A stretch of DNA of 64,000 bases from Candidatus Omnitrophota bacterium (GTDB taxonomy: Bacteria; Omnitrophota; Gorgyraeia; Zapsychrales; Fredricksoniimonadaceae), in NCBI GenBank assembly GCA_903860135.1, contig CAIOPG010000017.1, positions 11,364 to 75,363 of the forward strand. The letters run 5' to 3'. The first letter of the stretch is position 1, and every line of letters begins with the position of its first letter. Positions 38,358 through 48,835 of the stretch are shown one piece after another. The notes beneath the pieces are model-generated. The model made no database searches. It was not told where the DNA came from and saw only the letters and a program-made list of their open reading frames with translations. A program made the translations under genes and the position numbers.

Positions 38358-40822
38358 AACTTCCTGGCGATCTGCTCGATCTGGAACGCCTCAATGACAT
38401 CACCGACCTGATAGCCGGTAAACTTGTCGACGGAAATACCGCACTCAAAACCCTCGCCGACTTCCTTGACATCATCCTTGAAACGCTTGAGGGCAGACAC
38501 GCGGCTCGTGTGGATCGTTTCCCCGTTACGGATGACATCCACATCCATCCTCTGGCGGATGCGCCCTTTAAGCACAAAACAACCGGCCACAAGCCCGGAC
38601 TTGGTCAGGTTAAAAACCTGACGCACTTCGGCCCGCGCAACAAAATGCCGCTTGGTATCAGGCTTCAGCAGGCCTTCAAGCGCCGTCTTCATATCATTGA
38701 CCGCATCGTAAATGATATTGTAACGGCGGACATCCACCGGTGACTTCTCAAGCTCAACATGGGCATCATTATTCATCCCGACACTAAAGGCGATGATGAT
38801 CGCCTTTGACGCATAGGCGAGGATGATATCGGAAGCATTGATATCACCGACGGCATTATGAATGAACTTAATCTTGACTTCCTTGTTCGTATCCGGAACC
38901 TTTTCGAGCGAATCCCTGAGAGCCTCCAGGGACCCCTGCACGTCAGCCTTCAGGACGATATTAAGTTCCTGTATCTCGCCCGCTTTTTTCTGCGCCAGAA
39001 GATCTTCGAGGGTGATCTTGTTGGTATTCTTAAGGCGGTCTACTTTATATTTATCCATACGCACACCGGAAATCTCGCGCGCACTCTTTTCATTTTCCAC
39101 CACGAAGAACTTCTCTCCGGCTTCAGGCACCGCCGAAAGCCCGAGGATCTCAACCGGCATTGACGGGCCTGCGGCACTGATATGGCGCTGATGATCATCG
39201 AACAGCGCCTTGATCTTGCCGTAATAGGGTCCAACCACAAGGATATCGCTTTCACGCAGGGTACCTCCCTGAACAATGAGTGTGGCCACCGAACCGCGAC
39301 CGGGGCTCAGGTGTGCTTCCACAACAATACCTGAAGCATTTTTGTCCGGATTGGCCTTGAGCTCAAGGATCTCCGCTTCGAGCAGGATCATCTCGAGCAG
39401 ATTATCGATCCCCTGTCCGGTCAACGCCGACACCGGTGCCACCACCGTCTTGCCACCCCACTCTTCAGGCATCAGGTCATGTTCCATCAACTGCTTCTTG
39501 ACGCGCTCAGGATCAGCATCCTTACGGTCGATCTTGTTGAGCGCAACAATAATAGGAACCCCAGCCGCCTTCGCGTGATCGATCGCCTCAATGGTCTGGG
39601 GCATGATCCCTTCATTGGCCGCGACCACAAGGACAACAAGGTCCGTGATATGCGCGCCTCTGGCCCTCATGGCCGTAAAGGCAGCGTGACCGGGCGTATC
39701 GAGGAATGTGATGGTGCCTTTATTGATGGCCACAGAATACGCGCGGATATGCTGGGTAATACCACCATGTTCGCTATCAACGACTTTCGTTTTACGGATA
39801 AAATCCATCAGGGACGTCTTACCATGATCAACATGCCCCATGAACGTAACGATCGGCGCACGCCCCTTAAGTGTCTCGGGGGCATCATGGGCACTGTCGT
39901 GCTGGTCAAGAAGTTCTTCTTCCTGGGATTTCATCGGGATCAAATTATAACCCAAAGCGGTGCATATCTTGCGGGCAATGTCTTCACCCAGATTCTGATT
40001 AATATTGGCGAACATCCCCATCCCCATCATGATCTTCAAAACGGCATTGGGTTTTTCCTGGACACGGAAAGCCAGATCACCAACAGTAATGGGCGTCTTG
40101 ACCTCGAGGTCGCGCAAAGGCCCTTCATATTTCGCAGGGCCGCTCGATGCTGGCGGATGAGCCGCCAACGCCGGTGATGATACCGTCGCTTCAGGCTGTT
40201 GCTGAGCAGCCGCATGGGCAGTCCTGGCTGCCTGGATGGCTGCCTGTTCTTCTTCTCGGCGCTTGGACAAAGGCTTCACAGAAATAAACTCGGGCTGTTC
40301 CTTTACAACCTTTTTTACAACAGTCGTAACCGTCTTGCCATCGACTTCGGTTGTAGTGACCTGTTCGACAATGACATTCTTGGGAGTAACGACTTCGGCA
40401 GTGATCACGACAACCGGTTCAGCCGGGCCTTCAACCGAGCGGGCATCAGGTGCCCTCACAACAGGCTTGGGCACTTCCACGGGCTTTGGCTCAGGTTTGG
40501 AGACAATGCGCACGGTTACATGATCCGGCGCAGGCTCTTTAACCTTAGCTTTATCCTCCGTCTTGGCATGATCTTTCGATTTAAGCAAAGGATCCACCGG
40601 CTTGCGCGCAGGTGCCTTCTTTTTAAGAACGGCCTTGGGTGCAACAACTTCTTTCTCAACAGGGATAAGCCCCCTCTCCTCAAGATCACTTTTGAGCAGG
40701 GCCAACACACCGGGACTCAGTTCGTGGTCATCCCCCTTGGCGCGTAATTTAAGCGCTTTCAGCGTCGAAAGGAGTAAATCCTCGCTGATGTTGTATTGTT
40801 TAACAAGATCCCTGAGTAACAT
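38354..40822 (-). CDS. infB: Translation initiation factor IF-2
   Basis: G-domain GHVDHGKTSL, DTPGH and NKID motifs. 822 aa with a low-complexity N-terminus. Confidence 0.9.
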   Translation of the reverse strand: MLLRDLVKQYNISEDLLLSTLKALKLRAKGDDHELSPGVLALLKSDLEERGLIPVEKEVVAPKAVLKKKAPARKPVDPLLKSKDHAKTEDKAKVKEPAPDHVTVRIVSKPEPKPVEVPKPVVRAPDARSVEGPAEPVVVITAEVVTPKNVIVEQVTTTEVDGKTVTTVVKKVVKEQPEFISVKPLSKRREEEQAAIQAARTAHAAAQQQPEATVSSPALAAHPPASSGPAKYEGPLRDLEVKTPITVGDLAFRVQEKPNAVLKIMMGMGMFANINQNLGEDIARKICTALGYNLIPMKSQEEELLDQHDSAHDAPETLKGRAPIVTFMGHVDHGKTSLMDFIRKTKVVDSEHGGITQHIRAYSVAINKGTITFLDTPGHAAFTAMRARGAHITDLVVLVVAANEGIMPQTIEAIDHAKAAGVPIIVALNKIDRKDADPERVKKQLMEHDLMPEEWGGKTVVAPVSALTGQGIDNLLEMILLEAEILELKANPDKNASGIVVEAHLSPGRGSVATLIVQGGTLRESDILVVGPYYGKIKALFDDHQRHISAAGPSMPVEILGLSAVPEAGEKFFVVENEKSAREISGVRMDKYKVDRLKNTNKITLEDLLAQKKAGEIQELNIVLKADVQGSLEALRDSLEKVPDTNKEVKIKFIHNAVGDINASDIILAYASKAIIIAFSVGMNNDAHVELEKSPVDVRRYNIIYDAVNDMKTALEGLLKPDTKRHFVARAEVRQVFNLTKSGLVAGCFVLKGRIRQRMDVDVIRNGETIHTSRVSALKRFKDDVKEVGEGFECGISVDKFTGYQVGDVIEAFQIEQIARKL

Positions 40823-40905
40823 ATGTTGTTATCTTTCCGTGTTTGAAGCCCCTGATGTCCTTTCCCCCGCGGCCTGCCTGGCAACGGACGGGATCGCACT
40901 GCGCA

Positions 40906-41994
40906 TCATTCTTCAGAGGCATTGTCCTGTCCCGCTGGAGATTCTGGCAGCTCCGTATCACCGACCGGTCCCCTGGCATTATCAGCATTCTCTTCAACCG
41001 TCACCTGAGCTGGCGTTCCCACCGGCTCACCCTGTTCCTGCTTCAGATGCTCGCCCCACTGATTCGCGGAGAAAATATCAAGTTCCCATCCAAGCAAACG
41101 CCCGGCCAATCTCACGTTCTGCCCGTAACGGCCAATGGCAATGGAAAGCTGGTCATCGGCCACAATGATATTGGCTTTCTTTTCAATGCCAAGGATCTGC
41201 ATCTGCGAAATTTCAGCCGGTGACAGCGACGCCTGGATATATTCCTTAATGTCGGGGGAATAACGGACAATATCAATTTTCTCACCATGGAGTTCATTGA
41301 CGATATTCTTAACACGCGACCCGCGCATACCGACACAGGCTCCGACACAATCCACCTTGTCATCCTTGGAATAAACAGATATCTTGGTGCGCTCACCGGG
41401 ATCACGGGCAATGGCTTTAACCTCGATGATGCCCTCATAAATTTCCGGGACTTCAAGTTCAAACAGGCGCTTGACAAAATTCGGATGGGCGCGCGAAAGC
41501 ACGATCTGCGGACCGCGGGACTCGCGTTGAACCTCGAGGATGAAGGCGCGCACACGGTCACCCTGCTTGAATTCTTCCTTGCCGCACAATTCACTGCGCG
41601 GGATCACAGCCTCGGTCTTGCCCAGATCAACGATCACACTGCCGCGATCAAACCGGTAGACACTGCCCGAAATGATCTGCCCGACCCTGATGCTGTATTC
41701 ATTGTAGATAACATCTTTTTCCGCTTCACGGATCTTTTGAAAGACGACCTGCTTGGCCGTCTGGGCGGCAATGCGCCCGAATTCGCTCGAACGGATCTCC
41801 TGGCCATTGGCAAACGCCTGGATCTTGCCGGTCTTGAGATCAAGCTTGGCCACAACATCCTCTTCCTTGCCGACCGTCCATACCTTGCGCGCCGCCGAAG
41901 CGACAGCCGCTTCTACAGCCTCGATCAGCACCTCTTTGGCAATACCCTTATCGCGCTCGATCTGTTCAAGGATCGTTATCAATTCACTTTCCAT
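40906..41994 (-). CDS. nusA: Transcription termination/antitermination factor NusA
   Basis: S1 and KH regions align to E. coli NusA (…FELEVPEIYEGIIEVKAIARDPGERTKI…IGRYGQNVRLA). Confidence 0.9.
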   Translation of the reverse strand: MESELITILEQIERDKGIAKEVLIEAVEAAVASAARKVWTVGKEEDVVAKLDLKTGKIQAFANGQEIRSSEFGRIAAQTAKQVVFQKIREAEKDVIYNEYSIRVGQIISGSVYRFDRGSVIVDLGKTEAVIPRSELCGKEEFKQGDRVRAFILEVQRESRGPQIVLSRAHPNFVKRLFELEVPEIYEGIIEVKAIARDPGERTKISVYSKDDKVDCVGACVGMRGSRVKNIVNELHGEKIDIVRYSPDIKEYIQASLSPAEISQMQILGIEKKANIIVADDQLSIAIGRYGQNVRLAGRLLGWELDIFSANQWGEHLKQEQGEPVGTPAQVTVEENADNARGPVGDTELPESPAGQDNASEE

Positions 41995-42006
41995 AAAATC
42001 CCTCTT

Positions 42007-42471
42007 TTAGTTAATGATCTGCCTGGCTTTTTCTATCTTTGCCATCAGGACAACCAATTCACCCTGACGGGTCTTAAGGATAACATCCGCTTCAGATACT
42101 GCCATGAGAACGCCGCCGATCTCACGTTTACCGCCAACCGGCTCTTTAAAGAAAAGCCGTACAGGGCGGCCAATCACACGCCGCAGATCACGGGTACCGC
42201 ACAAAACTCGATCCAAGCCCGGGGATGAAACCTCAAGGGTATAATTATCCCCTAAATCCAGCCCATTGTCCAGCGCCAGCGCAAGTCGTCGGTTCAGCTC
42301 CGCGCACACGTCCATCCCAATACCGCCAGCGGGCTTGTCCGCAAAAACCTGAATATGCACATCACCCGCATGGGCGCGTGCGTTCACCTCAACAAGTTCC
42401 AGCCCAAGCTCATCGCAAACAGGCTTTGCCAGATCTTCAACAGACTTGATCAATGTATCTAACTTTTCCAT
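42007..42471 (-). CDS. rimP: Ribosome maturation factor RimP
   Basis: RimP family similarity. Conserved rimP-nusA-infB gene order. Confidence 0.85.
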   Translation of the reverse strand: MEKLDTLIKSVEDLAKPVCDELGLELVEVNARAHAGDVHIQVFADKPAGGIGMDVCAELNRRLALALDNGLDLGDNYTLEVSSPGLDRVLCGTRDLRRVIGRPVRLFFKEPVGGKREIGGVLMAVSEADVILKTRQGELVVLMAKIEKARQIIN

Positions 42472-42495
42472 AACTTACATTTTCCTGCCGGCATT

Positions 42496-43686
42496 TCAAT
42501 GTACGGAAGAAACCATGCGCGCCACATAACCCACAGCCATATCCAACGGCACACTTTCAACCACGCCGGTGGCACGGTCTTTGATCTCCACTTTACCTTC
42601 TAAAAGGCCGCGCTTGCCGATGGTCACGCGATAAGGTATCCCAACAAGGTCAGCATCGTTAAATTTGCGACCTGCACTTTCGTCACGGTCGTCCATTAAA
42701 ACATCAATTCCCTGTTTTGTCAACCCGTCGTAAATAGACTGTGCCACCGTCATGGCCGCAGGGTCATTCACCTGGACAGGAAGAACCTCAACCGTGAACG
42801 GGGCAACTCCTGCAGGCCAACAGATCCCTTTAGGGTCATGGTGCGCCTCAATGATGGTGGCGAGCAAGCGGCTGACGCCGATCCCGTAACAGCCCATAAC
42901 AATCGGATGCTGTTTCCCCGCCTCATCGAGGAACCGGGCTGCCATGGCTTCCGTATACTTTGTGCCCAGTTGAAAAATATGGCCGACCTCGATGGCCACA
43001 TGCTCCACGCCCGCCTCATCGTTAACTTTATCCTCGCCGATCGGTGCCGGGACAAGGAACTCATGGGAAATCTTCCCTCCCATGGCCCCGCTATCCGCTT
43101 CGGCAATGATGGGTTTTAATCCGCAACGGGCAAAGATTCTCTGATAAGCTTCAAACATGGACGCATAACTTTTTTTCAACCCGACCTCATCCGTATCAAA
43201 ACTGTAAGCATCCTTCATGATGAATTCACACGCACGCACCACCCCGAAACGCGGACGGGTCTCATCACGGAACTTGGTCTGAATCTGATAGAGCGTGACC
43301 GGCAACTGGCGATACGACTGGACAAAACTCTTGACGAGATCCGTGATGATCTCCTCATGCGTCGGCCCCAGGCACATGGCCGACCCTTTCTTGTTCTTGA
43401 AACGGATCATGACATCCTCGAGCGTCTTGTCACGTCCGGTTTGCTGCCAGATTTCAAGAGGCTGAAGCGCCGGCATCAGCAGTTCATGGGCACCGGACGC
43501 ATTCATTTCATCACGGATAATGCCCTCGATCTTGGCCAGGACACGAAGCCCCAGCGGTAAATAGGAATATATCCCCGACGTGAGCATATGCACCAGCCCT
43601 GAACGTAACAGCAACTGATGGCTTATGGCTTCCGCGCCGGCCGGTGATTCTTTGAGTGTCGGGATAAAATATGTTGACCACTTCAT
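42496..43686 (-). CDS. proS: Proline--tRNA ligase, short form without editing (INS) domain
   Basis: N-terminus aligns with bacterial ProRS (STYFIPTLKESPAGAEAISHQLLLRSG…). Class II motifs are present. Only 396 aa, so the INS editing domain is absent. Confidence 0.8.
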   Translation of the reverse strand: MKWSTYFIPTLKESPAGAEAISHQLLLRSGLVHMLTSGIYSYLPLGLRVLAKIEGIIRDEMNASGAHELLMPALQPLEIWQQTGRDKTLEDVMIRFKNKKGSAMCLGPTHEEIITDLVKSFVQSYRQLPVTLYQIQTKFRDETRPRFGVVRACEFIMKDAYSFDTDEVGLKKSYASMFEAYQRIFARCGLKPIIAEADSGAMGGKISHEFLVPAPIGEDKVNDEAGVEHVAIEVGHIFQLGTKYTEAMAARFLDEAGKQHPIVMGCYGIGVSRLLATIIEAHHDPKGICWPAGVAPFTVEVLPVQVNDPAAMTVAQSIYDGLTKQGIDVLMDDRDESAGRKFNDADLVGIPYRVTIGKRGLLEGKVEIKDRATGVVESVPLDMAVGYVARMVSSVH

Positions 43687-43709
43687 CGTGTGTACAACCC
43701 CTTCCTGGT

Positions 43710-44987
43710 TTATTCAAATTCTTTCGGCAAACGGATATTCCGCTTGACAAACTTGTCGGCGAACGATGGCCGCTTGTGCGCAACAACCCAATCGCCGGTG
43801 ATCCTCCCTGTCGACGAATCAATACGATCCTGCCTGAAGGTGAACAGATCATCCAGTGATATCTTTTCTGTGGCCCTGTTGTAAGAAAGGTCCGTAATAT
43901 GCTTGACACGACGGACACCGTCCATGAACAATTCCGAATAAACAATGAGGTCAATGGACCTGGCGATCTGCTGATGGATCTGATCACCGGAAAGGCGTAT
44001 GCCGGACATGAGCATCATCGTGATCATGCGGTTGAAACATTCCTCAGGAGAATCCGCGTGCACAATGGCCAGCGTTCCCGAGTGGCCGGAAGCGATGGAC
44101 TGGATCATATCAAGGATCTCATCCCCTCTGACCTCGCCGACAATGATCCTGTCGGGACGCATGCGTAGCGTATTAATGAAAAGATCCCTGGTCGAAACCT
44201 GCCCCTTGCCCTCGATATTAGCCACTTTCGATTGCAGATTGACCACATGCTCCTGCATCAGGCGCAACTCGGAAGTATCTTCGATGGTGATGATGCGCTC
44301 CTCCTCGGGGATATGCCCCGAAAGGACGTTAAGGATCGTTGTTTTTCCCGAACCAGTGGCACCACAAAAGACAATATTCAGCTTGGCCTTGATGGCTGTA
44401 ATAAGAAAATCCGCCATCGCCTTGTTGATGGTTCCAAGATTGATAAGATTCTCGACCGTCCCGATATCACGGGAAAACTTGCGGATCGTCATGACTGGCC
44501 CTACCATGGCACACGGCGGGATAATGATATTGACGCGCGAACCGTCGACCATCGAAAAGTCGACATACGGCGAAGATTCATCGATGCGCCGGGAAGAGCC
44601 CGACGATGTCAGGATCTTCTGGATCGTGTGCATCAACTGGGCATTGTCATCGAACTTGACAGCAGTCTTGGATATCTTCCCCCGTTTCTGGACATACACG
44701 CTCTTATAGCCATTGATCATGATCTCCGTGACATCAGGATCATCTAAAAGCTGACGCAAAGGTCCAAGCCCGCCGGCAGCAGTCAATTCACGGATCAGGC
44801 GCATACGATACTCAAAAGGAACATCAAGATCAGATTCACGGACAAAGTCATTGATCGCTTTATCAACGAACAACCGCATCTGATCTTCGTTCATGGAATC
44901 TTTGGTCTTCAGAAAATCGGTTTTCGCGATCATGAACCTGTGCAGGCGCGCTTTTATTTCTTCATAGTCTATCTCAACAGGGGGCAT
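43710..44987 (-). CDS. cpaF: CpaF/TadA (VirB11-family) secretion ATPase
   Basis: Walker A GATGSGKTT. The RPDRIIVGEVRG motif is typical of CpaF/VirB11. Confidence 0.8.
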   Translation of the reverse strand: MPPVEIDYEEIKARLHRFMIAKTDFLKTKDSMNEDQMRLFVDKAINDFVRESDLDVPFEYRMRLIRELTAAGGLGPLRQLLDDPDVTEIMINGYKSVYVQKRGKISKTAVKFDDNAQLMHTIQKILTSSGSSRRIDESSPYVDFSMVDGSRVNIIIPPCAMVGPVMTIRKFSRDIGTVENLINLGTINKAMADFLITAIKAKLNIVFCGATGSGKTTILNVLSGHIPEEERIITIEDTSELRLMQEHVVNLQSKVANIEGKGQVSTRDLFINTLRMRPDRIIVGEVRGDEILDMIQSIASGHSGTLAIVHADSPEECFNRMITMMLMSGIRLSGDQIHQQIARSIDLIVYSELFMDGVRRVKHITDLSYNRATEKISLDDLFTFRQDRIDSSTGRITGDWVVAHKRPSFADKFVKRNIRLPKEFE

Positions 44988-44999
44988 AAATACTCCACA

Positions 45000-46112
45000 T
45001 TATTTTATTAAAGACCTGAGCCGGTCGATCAACCCGATGCGCTCAAAATCCAGATAAAAAACAAACACCGCCAACATGATGATCAAGGCAAAACCCGCCT
45101 TCATCACAAGGTCTTCGGTACGGGGAGAAAGCACCCGTCCGCGCAGTTTTTCAAGCCCCAGCAGTGCCAGATGCCCTCCATCGAGCGGAATGACCGGCAG
45201 GATATTGAACAAGGCCAGGCTCGCACTGATAACGCCGACAATATATAAAAGAAAAGAGAAACCAATACTGGCCGCAAACTTGACAATAAAAAACATACCT
45301 ACAAGTCCGGTCATCCCCTCTTTAGCAGAACGTTGGCCAGATACGATCTGCCATAGCGCCGCATACGTTTTGACCGTAACATCCCGCAGTTCCCCGGCGC
45401 CTTTAACAAAGCCCTCAAGAAAACCATACCGCCGAACAACCAGATGACTCGCCTGATCAGGCGCTTTCGGCTGAATGCCGATACGGGCCACCGCGTGTTC
45501 ACGTCCGAAAAGATCGCGTGTTTTTTCCATCCGGGGTGCAACCTTTAAAGGCACCGGTTGGCCAGCGCGCGTCACAACAACATCAAGCACCCGACCGCCC
45601 GATGACATGACCGTGTCCTGCATCTCTGCCCAATTGGCGATCTTATGGCCGTCGATCGAAAGGATAATATCCTCGGCGGCAAAACCGGCCTCGAGTGCCG
45701 CCGATGCGGGCATGATCTTGCCCACACACGCCGGTACCGCCCTCGACGTGGCATCAAGGTCAACAGCCCCTATCCAGAAAACAATAACAAAACACAGGTA
45801 CGCCAGCAAGAAATTTACCGCTGGTCCCATCAAAATGATCAGCGCGCGATGGCCGGGGGGCTTTGAAAAATACTCATCCGCAGAACCCTTGCAGGTACCA
45901 CGTTCATCTCCCGCCATCTTGACATAGCCACCGAGCGGGATCGCGCAAATACGATACTCCGTAGCTCCTTTTTTAAACCCCCAGAGCTTCGGCCCAAAGC
46001 CAAAGGCAAACTCTTCAACGCGGACGCCCTTGCGGCGAGCCATCCAGAAATGCCCTGCTTCATGAACAACGATCAAAAACCCAAGAATAAAAGCAAATAT
46101 TAAAAACGTCAT
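45000..46112 (-). CDS. rseP: RIP metalloprotease RseP (site-2 protease)
   Basis: HEAGH zinc motif in TM1. PDZ region and the LDG motif (NILPVIPLDGGH). Confidence 0.85.
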   Translation of the reverse strand: MTFLIFAFILGFLIVVHEAGHFWMARRKGVRVEEFAFGFGPKLWGFKKGATEYRICAIPLGGYVKMAGDERGTCKGSADEYFSKPPGHRALIILMGPAVNFLLAYLCFVIVFWIGAVDLDATSRAVPACVGKIMPASAALEAGFAAEDIILSIDGHKIANWAEMQDTVMSSGGRVLDVVVTRAGQPVPLKVAPRMEKTRDLFGREHAVARIGIQPKAPDQASHLVVRRYGFLEGFVKGAGELRDVTVKTYAALWQIVSGQRSAKEGMTGLVGMFFIVKFAASIGFSFLLYIVGVISASLALFNILPVIPLDGGHLALLGLEKLRGRVLSPRTEDLVMKAGFALIIMLAVFVFYLDFERIGLIDRLRSLIK

Positions 46113-47263
46113 GCCAGCCTTTCTATGTATTCGGCCGCGCGGACACGTGCCCGCGCGTCAGCCTGTTCAATATCCGAAAGTAACGGCTTGCGGATATTAC
46201 GATGTTGCAAAAGCACCTGCTCAACGACCGCATGGATCGCCGTAAAACGCATACGTCCCTGAAGAAAAGCTTCAACGGCTACCTCGTCTGCCGCATTCAG
46301 GACGGCCGGAGCTGTCCCGGCGATCCGGGCCGCTTCATAAGCCAGTGCGAGCGATGGGAACCGTTCTAGGTCAGGCCGCGCGAAATTCAATGAGCCCCCG
46401 GCCGCAAGGTCAAGCCGTGGAGTGCCCGAGGCAATTCGCTCGGGATATGTCAACGCATACTGGATCGGCAAACGCATATCCGTCACTCCCAGCTGGGCCA
46501 GGACCGTGCCGTCAGTAAATTCAACCATCGAATGCACAACCGCCTCCGGATGAACAAGAACATTGATCTGCCCTATGCTCAAGCCAAAAAGACGCTGGGC
46601 CTCGATCACCTCAAAACCTTTGTTCATCATCGTAGCGGAATCAACGGTGATCTTGGCCCCCATTTGCCAGCGTGGATGAGCCAAAATATCTTTGACCGTA
46701 AAACGATCATGCTCGGCGCGCGGCACATCTCTCAACGGACCGCCCGAGGCCGTCAAATGAACCTGACGCACGTCCTGCCTGTTCCGCCCCTCAAGGCACT
46801 GAAAGATCGCACTCTGCTCGCTGTCTACCGGAATAACAACCGCAGCATTGCGCCGAACCTCAGCCATAAGGATATCCCCGGCCATCACCAAAGCCTCTTT
46901 ATTGGCCGGAGCAATAATTTTTCCTGCCCGCGCCGCGGCAAGGAACGGTGCCAGGGCCGCTGCTCCAGTCACCGCGATCACAACAATATCTATACCCTTT
47001 AAAGCCGCGATCTCGGCCATATCACGCGCGGCATCATAAAATTTCACACGACCGAATTCCTTGCTGAAACGTGCGATATCCCCCGCCGCCATGGCCACAT
47101 GTTTCGGCAAAAACCGGCGGATCTGTTCTTCGAGCAACGCCGTATTTTTGTACGCCGTCAGCGCGGCAACTTCAAAACGATCCCCATGATCCGCGATCAC
47201 CCTAAGGGTGTTGACGCCAATAGACCCTGTGGAACCAAGAACGGCGATCCGTTTTCTTTTCAT
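46109..47263 (-). CDS. dxr: 1-deoxy-D-xylulose 5-phosphate reductoisomerase
   Basis: IAVLGSTGSIG NADPH motif. Dxr family similarity over the full length. Confidence 0.9.
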   Translation of the reverse strand: MKRKRIAVLGSTGSIGVNTLRVIADHGDRFEVAALTAYKNTALLEEQIRRFLPKHVAMAAGDIARFSKEFGRVKFYDAARDMAEIAALKGIDIVVIAVTGAAALAPFLAAARAGKIIAPANKEALVMAGDILMAEVRRNAAVVIPVDSEQSAIFQCLEGRNRQDVRQVHLTASGGPLRDVPRAEHDRFTVKDILAHPRWQMGAKITVDSATMMNKGFEVIEAQRLFGLSIGQINVLVHPEAVVHSMVEFTDGTVLAQLGVTDMRLPIQYALTYPERIASGTPRLDLAAGGSLNFARPDLERFPSLALAYEAARIAGTAPAVLNAADEVAVEAFLQGRMRFTAIHAVVEQVLLQHRNIRKPLLSDIEQADARARVRAAEYIERLA

Positions 47264-47266
47264 ATC

Positions 47267-48091
47267 TTATAAACGATTCAAGGTCGCGCTCATATAAAGA
47301 TAAAACGCCGGTGCCGAGAAAAGCAGGCTGTCAATAAGATCCAGTATCCCGCCGATACCCGGCAATATTTTCCCTGAATCCTTCACATTACAATCCCGCT
47401 TGATCATGGATTCGGACAGGTCACCGAGCTGGCCTAAACCGCCGAAGAAAAACCCCAGAAGGGCGACAAACCAGACGGGAAAATAAGTCTGCATCGGAAG
47501 CCATGACTGGCAAAGGACCGCTGTCAAGGCACTGCAGGCCAAGCCGCCCAACGCCCCTTCAACCGACTTATTGGGACTAACAAGGGGTAAAAGCGGGTGC
47601 TTCCCCAGCCAAGACCCGATGAACAAAGCACCTATATCACCGGCCTTGGTGACCGCCACAATGAAAAGCACCAGCTTCGCCCCTTCAAAACCCGGCAGGA
47701 GCAGGTGTATCTTGACAATGAAGCTAAAAAACCAGGCCACATACAAAACACCAAAAAGGGTTGTCGAAAGACCAAGGATGGCATTGCGATTATCCTGACG
47801 CTTGAATTGAAGCAGCAGCATGATGAGAAAGCCGCTCACGATGAGCAAAAGCTCCCAGTTCCTTGTCAGCTCAAAACGCGTAAAGATAGACAAGGGGATC
47901 ATGATCCCGATGAATATCCCCGTATAACTGTATATTGGTATATCCTTCTTCTTGATCAGATAAAAAAACTCGTACAACCCTCCCACTGTCAGAAAACAGA
48001 TCAGGGCGATAAAAAACCATTCATTCCATGCCGCCAGCGCCACACACCCTACGGCAGCCGCTCCGCTGATAAAACGCATCGGATTCATACC
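47267..48091 (-). CDS. cdsA: Phosphatidate cytidylyltransferase
   Basis: C-terminal CdsA signature (SPNKSVEGALGG). Start set at the internal Met (MNPMRF); the longer upstream extension overlaps uppS. Confidence 0.8.
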   Translation of the reverse strand, partial: GMNPMRFISGAAAVGCVALAAWNEWFFIALICFLTVGGLYEFFYLIKKKDIPIYSYTGIFIGIMIPLSIFTRFELTRNWELLLIVSGFLIMLLLQFKRQDNRNAILGLSTTLFGVLYVAWFFSFIVKIHLLLPGFEGAKLVLFIVAVTKAGDIGALFIGSWLGKHPLLPLVSPNKSVEGALGGLACSALTAVLCQSWLPMQTYFPVWFVALLGFFFGGLGQLGDLSESMIKRDCNVKDSGKILPGIGGILDLIDSLLFSAPAFYLYMSATLNRL

Positions 48092-48810
48092 TTTACTCCC
48101 TGTAGCCCGGTCGAGCCGTAACGGCGGTCCCGACGAGCAAAATCCTCCAGTGCCAGATTGAATTCCCCTGCCGTAAACTCCGGCCAGCATTTTTCCGTAA
48201 AATATAATTCAGCGTAAGATAACTGCCACAACAAGAAATTGCTGATACGCTTCTCACCCGACGTGCGGATAAGCAGATCCGGATCAGGTAAACCGGCTGT
48301 ATAAAGTCTGGAAGTAAAAAGCGCTTCATCAACAGCATCGGGAACAATTTTTCCTCCCACACAATCCGCCGCAATCGCACGAACGGCATCTAATATCTCC
48401 TGGCGCCCTCCGTAATTAAAAGCAATGTTAAGCACCATGCCTGAATTCCCACTGGTCGCCATAACCGTTTCATCAAAAGCCTGCAAAACCTGTAAAGGAA
48501 CCCCGTCCCGGCGCCCGCAAACACGCAGACGGATATTATTCGCGCACAAGTTCTGAAGTTTCTGCTTTAAAGCGGCAATAATGGTGCGCATCAGCATGGA
48601 CACTTCAGAAGGGTCACGCTGCCAATTCTCAGTCGAAAAAGTAAAAAGCGTCAACACTTTAACACCAGCCGTAGAGGCGGCCTGCACAATATCATCTACC
48701 CGATTGACACCTTCCAGATGGCCCTGTGTCCTGGCACGGCCGTGCTTTTGAGCCCAACGACCGTTCCCGTCCATAATGACCGCTACATGCGCAGGTATCT
48801 TGTTCACCAT
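48085..48810 (-). CDS. uppS: Undecaprenyl-diphosphate synthase
   Basis: HVAVIMDGNGRWA signature of cis-prenyltransferases. Confidence 0.9.
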   Translation of the reverse strand: MVNKIPAHVAVIMDGNGRWAQKHGRARTQGHLEGVNRVDDIVQAASTAGVKVLTLFTFSTENWQRDPSEVSMLMRTIIAALKQKLQNLCANNIRLRVCGRRDGVPLQVLQAFDETVMATSGNSGMVLNIAFNYGGRQEILDAVRAIAADCVGGKIVPDAVDEALFTSRLYTAGLPDPDLLIRTSGEKRISNFLLWQLSYAELYFTEKCWPEFTAGEFNLALEDFARRDRRYGSTGLQGVKV

Positions 48811-48835
48811 TCCCCCGTTTGAAAATTTCTACGTG

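Noticed and set aside
41287-42228. 313-aa plus-strand ORF
   Set aside because: Antisense shadow ORF of nusA/rimP. No motifs.
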